This document shows positions 33,601-54,600 of a stretch of DNA of 64,000 nucleotides, in pieces. Source of the stretch: Eledone cirrhosa. Lineage: Eukaryota. The position numbers were made by a program, and so were the translations under genes. The first letter of the stretch is position 1. Each line of letters begins with the position of its first letter. The stretch is taken from NCBI GenBank assembly GCA_964016885.1, contig CAXHJY010000928.1, positions 1 through 64,000 on the forward strand, in the 5' to 3' direction. The notes beneath the pieces were generated by a model. It was not told the origin of the DNA. It did no database searches and worked only from the letters and a program-made list of their open reading frames with translations.

Positions 33601-36600
33601 TCACACACATACATATATAGACACACATCCATATAACTACTCACACACACATATATATATAGACACACATTCATATAACTACTCACACACACATACATAT
33701 ATAGACATACATATAACTACTCACACACACATACATATATAGACACACATACATATAACTACTCACACACACATACATATATATAGACACACATTCATAT
33801 AACTACTCACACACATATACATATATAGACACACATACATATAACTACTCACACACACATACATATATAGACACACATTCATATAACTACTCACACATAC
33901 ATATATAGACACACATTCATATAACTACTCACACACATACATATATGGACATACATATAACTACTCACACACACATACATATAGACACACATACATATAA
34001 CTACTCACACACACATACATATATAGACACACTTTCATATAACTACTCACACACACATATATAGACACACATTCATATAACTACTCACACACACATACAT
34101 ATATAGACACACATTCATATAACTACTCACACACTCATATATAGACACACGTTCATATAACTACTCACACACACATACATATATAGACACACATTCATAT
34201 AACTACTCACACACTCATATATAGACACACGTTCATATAACTACTCACACACACATACATATATAGACACACATTCATATAACTACTCACACACACACAT
34301 ATATATAGACACACATTCATATAACTACTCACACACACATATATAGACACACATTCATATAACTACTCACACACATACATATATAGACATACATATAACT
34401 ACTCACACACACATACATATAGACACACATACATATAACTACTCACACACACATACATATATAGACACACTTTCATATAACTACTCACACATACATATAT
34501 AGACACACATTCATATAACTACTCACACACACATATATAGACACACATACATATAACTACCCACACACATATACATATATAGACACACATTCATATAACT
34601 ACTCACACACACATATATAGACACACGGTCATATAACTACTCACACACACATACATATATAGACACACATTCATATAACTACTCACACACACACATATAT
34701 ATAGACACACATTCATATAACTACTCACACACACATATATAGACACACATTCATATAACTACTCACACACATACATATATAGACATACATATAACTACTC
34801 ACACACACATACATATAGACACACATACATATAACTACTCACACACACATACATATATAGACACACTTTCATATAACTACTCACACATACATATATAGAC
34901 ACACATTCATATAACTACTCACACACACATATATAGACACACATTCATATAACTACTCACACACACATACATATATAGACACACATTCATATAACTACTC
35001 ACACACACATATATAGACACACGGTCATATAACTACTCACACACACATACATATATAGACACACATTCATATAACTACTCACACACACACATATATATAG
35101 ACACACATTCATATAACTACTCACACACACATATATAGACACACATTCATATAACTACTCACACACATACATATATAGACATACATATAACTACTCACAC
35201 ACACATACATATATAGACACACATTCATATAACTACTCACACACACATATATAGACACACATTCATATAACTACTCACACACACATACATATATAGACAC
35301 ACATTCATATAACTACTCACACACATACACATATAGACACACATTCATATAACTACTCACACACACATACATATATAGACACACATTCATATAACTACTC
35401 ACACATACATATATAGACACACATACATATAACTACCCACACACACATATATAGACACACATTCATATAACTACACACACATACATATATAGACACACAT
35501 TCATATAACTACTCACACACACATACATATATAGACACACATTCATATAACTACTCACACACACATACATATATAGACACACATACATATAACTACCCAC
35601 ACACACATATATAGACACACATACATATAACTACTCACACACATACATATATAGACACACATTCATATAACTACTCACACACACACATATATAGACACAC
35701 ATACATATAACTACTCACACACATACATATATAGACACACATCCATATAACTACTCACACACACATATATATATAGACACACATTCATATAACTACTCAC
35801 ACACACATACATATATAGACATACATATAACTACTCACACACACATATATAGACACACATTCATATAACTACTCACACACACATACATATATAGACACAC
35901 ATTCATATAACTACTCACACACATACACATATAGACACACATTCATATAACTACTCACACACACATACATATATAGACACACATTCATATAACTACTCAC
36001 ACACACATATATAGACACACATTCATATAACTACTCACACACACATACATATATAGACACACATTCATATAACTACTCACACACACACATATATATAGAC
36101 ACACATTCATATAACTACTCACACACACATATATAGACACACATTCATATAACTACTCACACACATACATATATAGACATACAGATAACTACTCACACAC
36201 ACATACATATAGACACACATACATATAACTACTCACACACACATACATATATAGACACACTTTCATATAACTACTCACACATACATATATATATATAGAC
36301 ACACATTCATATAACTACTCACACACACATATATAGACACACATTCATATAACTACTCACACACACATACATATATAGACACACATTCATATAACTACTC
36401 ACACACACATATATAGACACACGTTCATATAACTACTCACACACACATACATATATAGACACACATTCATATAACTACTCACACACACACATATATATAG
36501 ACACACATTCATATAACTACTCACACACACATACATATAGACACACATACATATAACTACTCACACACACATACATATATAGACACACTTTCATATAACT

Positions 36601-39600
36601 ACTCACACATACATATATATATATAGACACACATTCATATAACTACTCACACACACATATATAGACACACATTCATATAACTACTCACACACACATACAT
36701 ATATAGACACACATTCATATAACTACTCACACACATATACATATATAGACACACATTCATATAACTACTCACACATACATATATAGACACACATACATAT
36801 AACTACTCACACACACATACATATATAGACACACATACAGATAACTACCCACACACACATATATAGACACACATTCATATAACTACACACACACACATAT
36901 ATAGACACACATTCATATAACTACTCACACACACATACATATATAGACACACATACATATAACTACCCACACACACATATATAGACACACATTCATATAA
37001 CTACACACACATACATATATAGACACACATTCATATAACTACTCACACACACATACATATATAGACACACATTCATATAACTACTCACACACACATACAT
37101 ATATAGACACACTTACATATAACTACCCACACACACATATATAGACACACATACATATAACTACTCACACACATACATATATAGACACACATTCATATAA
37201 CTACTCACACACACACATATATAGACACACATACATATAACTACTCACACACATACATATATAGACACACATCCATATAACTACTCACACACACATATAT
37301 ATATAGACACACATTCATATAACTACTCACACACACATACATATATAGACATACATATAACTACTCACACACACATACATATATAGACACACATACATAT
37401 AACTACTCACACACACATACATATATATAGACACACATTCATATAACTACTCACACACATATACATATATAGACACACATACATATAACTACTCACACAC
37501 ACATACATATATAGACACACATTCATATAACTACTCACACATACATATATAGACACACATTCATATAACTACTCACACACATACATATATGGACATACAT
37601 ATAACTACTCACACACACATACATATAGACACACATACATATAACTACTCACACACACATACATATATAGACACACTTTCATATAACTACTCACACACAC
37701 ATATATAGACACACATTCATATAACTACTCACACACACATACATATATAGACACACATTCATATAACTACTCACACACTCATATATAGACACACGTTCAT
37801 ATAACTACTCACACACTCATATATAGACACACGTTCATATAACTACTCACACACACATACATATATAGACACACATTCATATAACTACTCACACACACAC
37901 ATATATATAGACACACATTCATATAACTACTCACACACACATATATAGACACACATTCATATAACTACTCACACACATACATATATAGACATACATATAA
38001 CTACTCACACACACATACATATAGACACACATACATATAACTACTCACACACACATACATATATAGACACACTTTCATATAACTACTCACACATACATAT
38101 ATAGACACACATTCATATAACTACTCACACACACATATATAGACACATACATATAACTACCCACACACATATACATATATAGACACACATTCATATAACT
38201 ACTCACACACACATATATAGACACACGGTCATATAACTACTCACACACACATACATATATAGACACACATTCATATAACTACTCACACACACACATATAT
38301 ATAGACACACATTCATATAACTACTCACACACACATATATAGACACACATTCATATAACTACTCACACACATACATATATAGACATACATATAACTACTC
38401 ACACACACATACATATAGACACACATACATATAACTACTCACACACACATACATATATAGACACACTTTCATATAACTACTCACACATACATATATAGAC
38501 ACACATTCATATAACTACTCACACACACATATATAGACACACATTCATATAACTACTCACACACACATACATATATAGACACACATTCATATAACTACTC
38601 ACACACACATATATAGACACACGGTCATATAACTACTCACACACACATACATATATAGACACACATTCATATAACTACTCACACACACACATATATATAG
38701 ACACACGTTCATATAACTACTCACACACACATATATAGACACACATTCATATAACTACTCACACACATACATATATAGACATACATATAACTACTCACAC
38801 ACACATACATATATAGACACACATTCATATAACTACTCACACACACATATATAGACACACATTCATATAACTACTCACACACACATACATATATAGACAC
38901 ACATTCATATAACTACTCACACACATACACATATAGACACACATTCATATAACTACTCACACACACATACATATATAGACACACATTCATATAACTACTC
39001 ACACACACATATATAGACACACATTCATATAACTACTCACACACACATACATATATAGACACACATTCATATAACTACTCACACACACATATATATAGAC
39101 ACACATTCATATAACTACTCACACACACATATATAGACACACATTCATATAACTACTCACACACATACATATATAGACATACATATAACTACTCACACAC
39201 ACATACATATAGACACACATACATATAACTACTCACACACACATACATATATAGACACACTTTCATATAACTACTCACACATACATATATATATATAGAC
39301 ACACATTCATATAACTACTCACACACACATATATAGACACACATTCATATAACTACTCACACACACATACATATATAGACACACATTCATATAACTACTC
39401 ACACACACATATATAGACACACGTTCATATAACTACTCACACACACATACATATATAGACACACATTCATATAACTACTCACACACACACATATATATAG
39501 ACACACATTCATATAACTACTCACACACACATACATATAGACACACATACATATAACTACTCACACACACATACATATATAGACACACTTTCATATAACT

Positions 39601-42600
39601 ACTCACACATACATATATATATATAGACACACATTCATATAACTACTCACACACACATATATAGACAAACATTCATATAACTACTCACACACACATACAT
39701 ATATAGACACACATTCATATAACTACTCACACACATATACATATATAGACACACATTCATATAACTACTCACACATACATATATAGACACACATACATAT
39801 GACTACTCACACACACATACATATATAGACACACATACAGATAACTACCCACACACACATATATAGACACACATTCATATAACTACACACACACACATAT
39901 ATAGACACACATTCATATAACTACTCACACACACATACATATATAGACACACATACATATAACTACCCACACACACATATATAGACACACATTCATATAA
40001 CTACACACACATACATATATAGACACACATTCATATAACTACTCACACACACATACATATATAGACACACATTCATATAACTACTCACACACACATACAT
40101 ATATAGACACACATACATATAACTACCCACACACACATATATAGACACACATACATATAACTACTCACACACATACATATATAGACACACATTCATATAA
40201 CTACTCACACACACACATATATAGACACACATACATATAACTACTCACACACATACATATATAGACACACATCCATATAACTACTCACACACACATATAT
40301 ATATAGACACACATTCATATAACTACTCACACACACATACATATATAGACATACATATAACTACTCACACACATATATAGACACACATTCATATAACTAC
40401 TCACACACACATACATATATAGACACACATTCATATAACTACTCACACACATACACATATAGACACACATTCATATAACTACTCACACACACATACATAT
40501 ATAGACACACATTCATATAACTACTCACACACACATATATAGACACACATTCATATAACTACTCACACACACATACATATATAGACACACATTCATATAA
40601 CTACTCACACACACACATATATATAGACACACATTCATATAACTACTCACACACACATATATAGACACACATTCATATAACTACTCACACACATACATAT
40701 ATAGACATACAGATAACTACTCACACACACATACATATAGACACACATACATATAACTACTCACACACACATACATATATAGACACACTTTCATATAACT
40801 ACTCACACATACATATATATATATAGACACACATTCATATAACTACTCACACACACATATATAGACACACATTCATATAACTACTCACACACACATACAT
40901 ATATAGACACACATTCATATAACTACTCACACACACATATATAGACACACGTTCATATAACTACTCACACACACATACATATATAGACACACATTCATAT
41001 AACTACTCACACACACACATATATATAGACACACATTCATATAACTACTCACACACACATACATATAGACACACATACATATAACTACTCACACACACAT
41101 ACATATATAGACACACTTTCATATAACTACTCACACATACATATATATATATAGACACACATTCATATAACTACTCACACACACATATATAGACACACAT
41201 TCATATAACTACTCACACACACATACATATATAGACACACATTCATATAACTACTCACACACATATACATATATAGACACACATTCATATAACTACTCAC
41301 ACATACATATATAGACACACATACATATAACTACTCACACACACATACATATATAGACACACATACAGATAACTACCCACACACACATATATAGACACAC
41401 ATTCATATAACTACACACACACACATATATAGACACACATTCATATAACTACTCACACACACATACATATATAGACACACATACATATAACTACCCACAC
41501 ACACATATATAGACACACATTCATATAACTACACACACATACATATATAGACACACATTCATATAACTACTCACACACACATACATATATAGACACACAT
41601 TCATATAACTACTCACACACACATACATATATAGACACACATACATATAACTACCCACACACACATATATAGACACACATACATATAACTACTCACACAC
41701 ATACATATATAGACACACATTCATATAACTACTCACACACACACATATATAGACACACATACATATAACTACTCACACACATACATATATAGACACACAT
41801 CCATATAACTACTCACACACACATATATATATAGACACACATTCATATAACTACTCACACACACATACATATATAGACATACATATAACTACTCACACAC
41901 ACATACATATATAGACACACATACATATAACTACTCACACACACATACATATATATAGACACACATTCATATAACTACTCACACACATATACATATATAG
42001 ACACACATACATATAACTACTCACACACACATACATATATAGACACACATTCATATAACTACTCACACATACATATATAGACACACATTCATATAACTAC
42101 TCACACACATACATATATGGACATACATATAACTACTCACACACACATACATATAGACACACATACATATAACTACTCACACACACATACATATATAGAC
42201 ACACTTTCATATAACTACTCACACACACATATATAGACACACATTCATATAACTACTCACACACACATACATATATAGACACACATTCATATAACTACTC
42301 ACACACTCATATATAGACACACGTTCATATAACTACTCACACACACATACATATATAGACACACATTCATATAACTACTCACACACTCATATATAGACAC
42401 ACGTTCATATAACTACTCACACACACATACATATATAGACACACATTCATATAACTACTCACACACACACATATATATAGACACACATTCATATAACTAC
42501 TCACACACACATATATAGACACACATTCATATAACTACTCACACACATACATATATAGACATACATATAACTACTTACACACACATACATATAGACACAC

Positions 42601-45600
42601 ATACATATAACTACTCACACACACATACATATATAGACACACATTCATATAACTACTCACACACACATATATAGACACACGTTCATATAACTACTCACAC
42701 ACACATACATATATAGACACACATTCATATAACTACTCACACACACACATATATATAGACACACATTCATATAACTACTCACACACACATACATATAGAC
42801 ACACATACATATAACTACTCACACACACATACATATATAGACACACTTTCATATAACTACTCACACATACATATATATATATAGACACACATTCATATAA
42901 CTACTCACACACACATATATAGACACACATTCATATAACTACTCACACACACATACATATATAGACACACATTCATATAACTACTCACACACATATACAT
43001 ATATAGACACACATTCATATAACTACTCACACATACATATATAGACACACATACATATAACTACTCACACACACATACATATATAGACACACATACAGAT
43101 AACTACCCACACACACATATATAGACACACATTCATATAACTACACACACACACATATATAGACACACATTCATATAACTACTCACACACACATACATAT
43201 ATAGACACACATACATATAACTACCCACACACACATATATAGACACACATTCATATAACTACACACACATACATATATAGACACACATTCATATAACTAC
43301 TCACACACACATACATATATAGACACACATTCATATAACTACTCACACACACATACATATATAGACACACATACATATAACTACCCACACACACATATAT
43401 AGACACACATACATATAACTACTCACACACATACATATATAGACACACATTCATATAACTACTCACACACACACATATATAGACACACATACATATAACT
43501 ACTCACACACATACATATATAGACACACATCCATATAACTACTCACACACACATATATATATAGACACACATTCATATAACTACTCACACACACATACAT
43601 ATATAGACATACATATAACTACTCACACACACATACATATATAGACACACATACATATAACTACTCACACACACATACATATATATAGACACACATTCAT
43701 ATAACTACTCACACACATATACATATATAGACACACATACATATAACTACTCACACACACATACATATATAGACACACATTCATATAACTACTCACACAT
43801 ACATATATAGACACACATTCATATAACTACTCACACACATACATATATGGACATACATATAACTACTCACACACACATACATATAGACACACATACATAT
43901 AACTACTCACACACACATACATATATAGACACACTTTCATATAACTACTCACACACACATATATAGACACACATTCATATAACTACTCACACACACATAC
44001 ATATATAGACACACATTCATATAACTACTCACACACTCATATATAGACACACGTTCATATAACTACTCACACACACATACATATATAGACACACATTCAT
44101 ATAACTACTCACACACTCATATATAGACACACGTTCATATAACTACTCACACACACATACATATATAGACACACATTCATATAACTACTCACACACACAC
44201 ATATATATAGACACACATTCATATAACTACTCACACACACATATATAGACACACATTCATATAACTACTCACACACATACATATATAGACATACATATAA
44301 CTACTTACACACACATACATATAGACACACATACATATAACTACTCACACACACATACATATATAGACACACTTTCATATAACTACTCACACATACATAT
44401 ATAGACACACATTCATATAACTACTCACACACACATATATAGACACACATACATATAACTACCCACACACATATACATATATAGACACACATTCATATAA
44501 CTACTCACACACACATATATAGACACAGGGTCATATAACTACTCACACACACATACATATATAGACACACATTCATATAACTACTCACACACACACATAT
44601 ATATAGACACACATTCATATAACTACTCACACACACATATATAGACACACATTCATATAACTACTCACACACATACATATATAGACATACATATAACTAC
44701 TCACACACACATACATATAGACACACATACATATAACTACTCACACACACATACATATATAGACACACTTTCATATAACTACTCACACATACATATATAG
44801 ACACACATTCATATAACTACTCACACACACATATATAGACACACATTCATATAACTACTCACACACACATACATATATAGACACACATTCATATAACTAC
44901 TCACACACACATATATAGACACACGGTCATATAACTACTCACACACACATACATATATAGACACACATTCATATAACTACTCACACACACACATATATAT
45001 AGACACACGTTCATATAACTACTCACACACACATATATAGACACACATTCATATAACTACTCACACACATACATATATAGACATACATATAACTACTCAC
45101 ACACACATACATATATAGACACACATTCATATAACTACTCACACACACATATATAGACACACATTCATATAACTACTCACACACACATACATATATAGAC
45201 ACACATTCATATAACTACTCACACACATACACATATAGACACACATTCATATAACTACTCACACACACATACATATATAGACACACATTCATATAACTAC
45301 TCACACACACATATATAGACACACATTCATATAACTACTCACACACACATACATATATAGACACACATTCATATAACTACTCACACACACACATATATAT
45401 AGACACACATTCATATAACTACTCACACACACATATATAGACACACATTCATATAACTACTCACACACATACATATATAGACATACATATAACTACTCAC
45501 ACACACATACATATAGACACACATACATATAACTACTCACACACACATACATATATAGACACACTCTCATATAACTACTCACACATACATATATATATAT

Positions 45601-48600
45601 AGACACACATTCATATAACTACTCACACACACATATATAGACACACATTCATATAACTACTCACACACACATACATATATAGACACACATTCATATAACT
45701 ACTCACACACACATATATAGACACACGTTCATATAACTACTCACACACACATACATATATAGACACACATTCATATAACTACTCACACACACACATATAT
45801 ATAGACACACATTCATATAACTACTCACACACACATACATATAGACACACATACATATAACTACTCACACACACATACATATATAGACACACTTTCATAT
45901 AACTACTCACACATACATATATATATATAGACACACATTCATATAACTACTCACACACACATATATAGACACACATTCATATAACTACTCACACACACAT
46001 ACATATATAGACACACATTCATATAACTACTCACACACATATATAGACACACATACATATAACTACTCACACACACATACATATATAGACACACATTCAT
46101 ATAACTACCCACACATACATATATAGACACACATTCATATAACTACTCACACATACATATATAGACACACATACATATAACTACTCACACACACATACAT
46201 ATATAGACACACATACAGATAACTACCCACACACACATATATAGACACACATTCATATAACTACACACACACACATATATAGACACACATTCATATAACT
46301 ACTCACACACACATACATATATAGACACACATTCATATAACTACACACACATACATATATAGACACACATTCATATAACTACTCACACACACATACATAT
46401 ATAGACACACATTCATATAACTACTCACACACACATACATATATAGACACACATACATATAACTACCCACACACACATATATAGACACACATACATATAA
46501 CTACTCACACACATACATATATAGACACACATTCATATAACTACTCACACACACACATATATAGACACACATACATATAACTACTCACACACATACATAT
46601 ATAGACACACATCCATATAACTACTCACACACACATATATATATAGACACACATTCATATAACTACTCACACACACATACATATATAGACATACATATAA
46701 CTACTCACACACACATACATATATAGACACACATACATATAACTACTCACACACACATACATATATATAGACACACATTCATATAACTACTCACACACAT
46801 ATACATATATAGACACACATACATATAACTACTCACACACACATACATATATAGACACACATTCATATAACTACTCACACATACATATATAGACACACAT
46901 TCATATAACTACTCACACACATACATATATGGACATACATATAACTACTCACACACACATACATATAGACACACATACATATAACTACTCACACACACAT
47001 ACATATATAGACACACTTTCATATAACTACTCACACACACATATATAGACACACATTCATATAACTACTCACACACACATACATATATAGACACACATTC
47101 ATATAACTACTCACACACTCATATATAGACACACGTTCATATAACTACTCACACACACATACATATATAGACACACATTCATATAACTACTCACACACAC
47201 ATATATAGACACACGGTCATATAACTACTCACACACACATACATATATAGACACACATTCATATAACTACTCACACACACACATATATATAGACACACAT
47301 TCATATAACTACTCACACACACATATATAGACACACATTCATATAACTACTCACACACATACATATATAGACATACATATAACTACTCACACACACATAC
47401 ATATAGACACACATACATATAACTACTCACACACACATACATATATAGACACACTTTCATATAACTACTCACACATACATATATAGACACACATTCATAT
47501 AACTACTCACACACACATATATAGACACACATTCATATAACTACTCACACACACATACATATATAGACACACATTCATATAACTACTCACACACACATAT
47601 ATAGACACACGGTCATATAACTACTCACACACACATACATATATAGACACACATTCATATAACTACTCACACACACACATATATATAGACACACATTCAT
47701 ATAACTACTCACACACACATATATAGACACACATTCATATAACTACTCACACACATACATATATAGACATACATATAACTACTCACACACACATACATAT
47801 AGACACACATACATATAACTACTCACACACACATACATATATAGACACACTTTCATATAACTACTCACACATACATATATATATATAGACACACATTCAT
47901 ATAACTACTCACACACACATATATAGACACACATTCATATAACTACTCACACACACATACATATATAGACACACATTCATATAACTACTCACACACATAT
48001 ACATATATAGACACACATTCATATAACTACTCACACATACATATATAGACACACATACATATAACTACTCACACACACATACATATATAGACACACATAC
48101 ATATAACTACCCACACACACATATATAGACACACATTCATATAACTACACACACACACATATATAGACACACATTCATATAACTACTCACACACACATAC
48201 ATATATAGACACACATACATATAACTACCCACACACACATATATAGACACACATTCATATAACTACACACACACACATATATAGACACACATACATATAA
48301 CTACTCACACATACATATATAGACACACATTCATATAACTACTCACACACATACATATATAGACACACATTCATATAACTACTCACACACACATACATAT
48401 ATAGACACACATTCATATAACTACTCACACACACATATATAGACACACATTCATATAACTACTCACACACATACATATATAGACACACATACATATAACT
48501 ACCCACACACACATATATAGACACACATTCATATAACTACACACACACACATATATAGACACACATTCATATAACTACTCACACACACATACATATATAG

Positions 48601-51600
48601 ACACACATACATATAACTACCCACACACACATATATAGACACACATTCATATAACTACACACACATACATATATAGACACACATTCATATAACTACTCAC
48701 ACACACATACATATATAGACACACATTCATATAACTACTCACACACACATACATATATAGACACACATTCATATAACTACTCACACACACATACATATAT
48801 AGACACACATACATATAACTACCCACACACACATATATAGACACACATACATATAACTACTCACACACATACATATATAGACACACATTCATATAACTAC
48901 TCACACACACACATATATAGACACACATACATATAACTACTCACACACACATATATATATAGACACACATTCATATAACTACTCACACACACATACATAT
49001 ATAGACATACATATAACTACTCACACACACACACATACATATATAGACACACATACATATAAATACTCACACACACATACATATATAGACACACATACAT
49101 ATAAATACTCACACACACATACATATATATAGACACACATTCATATAACTACTCACACACATATACATATATAGACACACATACATATAACTACTCACAC
49201 ACACATACATATATAGACACACATTCATAAAACTACTCACACATACATATATAGACACACATTCATATAACTACTCACACACACATATATATATAGACAC
49301 ACATTCATATAACTACTCACACACACATACATATATAGACACACATTCATATAACTACTCACACACACACATACATATATAGACACACATTCATATAACT
49401 ACTCACACACATACATATATAGACACACATACATATAACTACTCACACACACATACATATATAGACACACATTCATATAACTACTCACACATACATATAT
49501 ATATAGACACACATACATATAACTACTCACACACACATATATATATAGACACACATACATATAACTACTCACACACACATACATATATAGACACACATAC
49601 ATATAACTACTCACACACATACATATATATATAGACACACATTCATATAACTACTCACACATACATACATATATAGACACACATACATATAACTACCCAC
49701 ACACATATACATATATAGACACACATTCATATAACTACTCACACATACATATATAGACGCACATTCATATAACTACTCACACACACATACATATATAGAC
49801 ACACATTCATATAACTACTCACACACACATATATAGACACACATTCATATAACTACTCACACACACATATATAGACGCACATTCATATAACTACTCACAC
49901 ACACATACATATATAGACACACATTCATATAACTACTCACACACACATACATATATAGACATACATATAACTACTCACACACACATACATATATAGACAC
50001 ACATACATATAACTACTCACACACACATACATATATATAGACACACATTCATATAACTACTCACACACATATACATATATAGACACACATACATATAACT
50101 ACTCACACACACATACATATATAGACACACATTCATATAACTACTCACACATACATATATAGACACACATTCATATAACTACTCACACACATACATATAT
50201 GGACATACATATAACTACTCACACACACATACATATAGACACACATACATATAACTACTCACACACACATACATATATAGACACACTTTCATATAACTAC
50301 TCACACACACATATATAGACACACATTCATATAACTACTCACACACACATACATATATAGACACACATTCATATAACTACTCACACACTCATATATAGAC
50401 ACACGTTCATATAACTACTCACACACACATACATATATAGACACACATTCATATAACTACTCACACACTCATATATAGACACACGTTCATATAACTACTC
50501 ACACACACATACATATATAGACACACATTCATATAACTACTCACACACACACATATATATAGACACACATTCATATAACTACTCACACACACATATATAG
50601 ACACACATTCATATAACTACTCACACACATACATATATAGACATACATATAACTACTTACACACACATACATATAGACACACATACATATAACTACTCAC
50701 ACACACATACATATATAGACACACTTTCATATAACTACTCACACATACATATATAGACACACATTCATATAACTACTCACACACACATATATAGACACAC
50801 ATTCATATAACTACTCACACACATACATATATAGACACACATACATATAACTACCCACACACACATATATAGACACACATTCATATAACTACACACACAC
50901 ACATATATAGACACACATTCATATAACTACTCACACACACATACATATATAGACACACATACATATAACTACCCACACACACATATATAGACACACATTC
51001 ATATAACTACACACACATACATATATAGACACACATTCATATAACTACTCACACACACATACATATATAGACACACATTCATATAACTACTCACACACAC
51101 ATACATATATAGACACACATTCATATAACTACTCACACACACATACATATATAGACACACATACATATAACTACCCACACACACATATATAGACACACAT
51201 ACATATAACTACTCACACACATACATATATAGACACACATTCATATAACTACTCACACACACACATATATAGACACACATACATATAACTACTCACACAC
51301 ACATATATATATAGACACACATTCATATAACTACTCACACACACATACATATATAGACATACATATAACTACTCACACACACACACATACATATATAGAC
51401 ACACATACATATAAATACTCACACACACATACATATATATAGACACACATTCATATAACTACTCACACACATATACATATATAGACACACATACATATAA
51501 CTACTCACACACACATACATATATAGACACACATTCATAAAACTACTCACACATACATATATAGACACACATTCATATAACTACTCACACACACATATAT

Positions 51601-54600
51601 ATATAGACACACATTCATATAACTACTCACACACACATACATATATAGACACACATTCATATAACTACTCACACACACACATACATATATAGACACACAT
51701 TCATATAACTACTCACACACATACATATATAGACACACATACATATAACTACTCACACACACATACATATATAGACACACATTCATATAACTACTCACAC
51801 ATACATATATATATAGACACACATACATATAACTACTCACACACACATATATATATAGACACACATACATATAACTACTCACACACACATACATATATAG
51901 ACACACATACATATAACTACTCACACACATACATATATATATAGACACACATTCATATAACTACTCACACATACATACATATATAGACACACATACATAT
52001 AACTACCCACACACATATACATATATAGACACACATTCATATAACTACTCACACATACATATATAGACGCACATTCATATAACTACTCACACACACATAC
52101 ATATATAGACACACATTCATATAACTACTCACACACACATATATAGACACACATTCATATAACTACTCACACACACATATATAGACGCACATTCATATAA
52201 CTACTCACACACACATACATATATAGACACACATTCATATAACTACTCACACACACATACATATATAGACATACATATAACTACTCACACACACATACAT
52301 ATATAGACACACATACATATAACTACTCACACACACATACATATATATAGACACATTCATATAACTACTCACACACATATACATATATAGACACACATAC
52401 ATATAACTACTCACACACACATACATATATAGACACACATTCATATAACTACTCACACATACATATATAGACACACATTCATATAACTACTCACACACAT
52501 ACATATATGGACATACATATAACTACTCACACACACATACATATAGACACACATACATATAACTACTCACACACACATACATATATAGACACACTTTCAT
52601 ATAACTACTCACACACACATATATAGACACACATTCATATAACTACTCACACACACATACATATATAGACACACATTCATATAACTACTCACACACTCAT
52701 ATATAGACACACATTCATATAACTACTCACACATACATACATATATAGACACACATACATATAACTACTCACACACACATACATATATAGACACACATTC
52801 ATATAACTACTCACACACTCATATATAGACACACGTTCATATAACTACTCACACACACATACATATATAGACACACATTCATATAACTACTCACACACAC
52901 ACATATATATAGACACACATTCATATAACTACTCACACACACATATATAGACACACATTCATATAACTACTCACACACATACATATATAGACATACATAT
53001 AACTACTTACACACACATACATATAGACACACATACATATAACTACTCACACACACATACATATATAGACACACTTTTATATAACTACTCACACATACAT
53101 ATATAGACACACATTCATATAACTACTCACACACACATATATAGACACACATACATATAACTACCCACACACATATACATATATAGACACACATTCATAT
53201 AACTACTCACACACACATATATAGACACAGGGTCATATAACTACTCACACACACATACATATATAGACACACATTCATATAACTACTCACACACACACAT
53301 ATATATAGACACACATTCATATAACTACTCACACACACATATATAGACACACATTCATATAACTACTCACACACATACATATATAGACATACATATAACT
53401 ACTCACACACACATACATATAGACACACATACATATAACTACTCACACACACATACATATATAGACACACTTTCATATAACTACTCACACATACATATAT
53501 AGACACACATTCATATAACTACTCACACACACATATATAGACACACATTCATATAACTACTCACACACACATACATATATAGACACACATTCATATAACT
53601 ACTCACACACACATATATAGACACACGGTCATATAACTACTCACACACACATACATATATAGACACACATTCATATAACTACTCACACACACACATATAT
53701 ATAGACACACGTTCATATAACTACTCACACACACATATATAGACACACATTCATATAACTACTCACACACATACATATATAGACATACATATAACTACTC
53801 ACACACACATACATATATAGACACACATTCATATAACTACTCACACACACATATATAGACACACATTCATATAACTACTCACACACATACACATATAGAC
53901 ACACATTCATATAACTACTCACACACATACACATATAGACACACATTCATATAACTACTCACACACATACACATATAGACACACATTCATATAACTACTC
54001 ACACACATACATATATAGACACACATTCATATAACTACTCACACACATACACATATAGACACACATTCATATAACTACTCACACACACATACATATATAG
54101 ACACACATTCATATAACTACTCACACACACATATATAGACACACATTCATATAACTACTCACACACACATACATATATAGACACACATTCATATAACTAC
54201 TCACACACACACATATATATAGACACACATTCATATAACTACTCACACACACATATATAGACACACATTCATATAACTACTCACACACATACATATATAG
54301 ACATACATATAACTACTCACACACACATACATATAGACACACATACATATAACTACTCACACACACATACATATATAGACACACTCTCATATAACTACTC
54401 ACACATACATATATATATATAGACACACATTCATATAACTACTCACACACACATATATAGACACACATTCATATAACTACTCACACACACATACATATAT
54501 AGACACACATTCATATAACTACTCACACACACATATATAGACACACGTTCATATAACTACTCACACACACATACATATATAGACACACATTCATATAACT

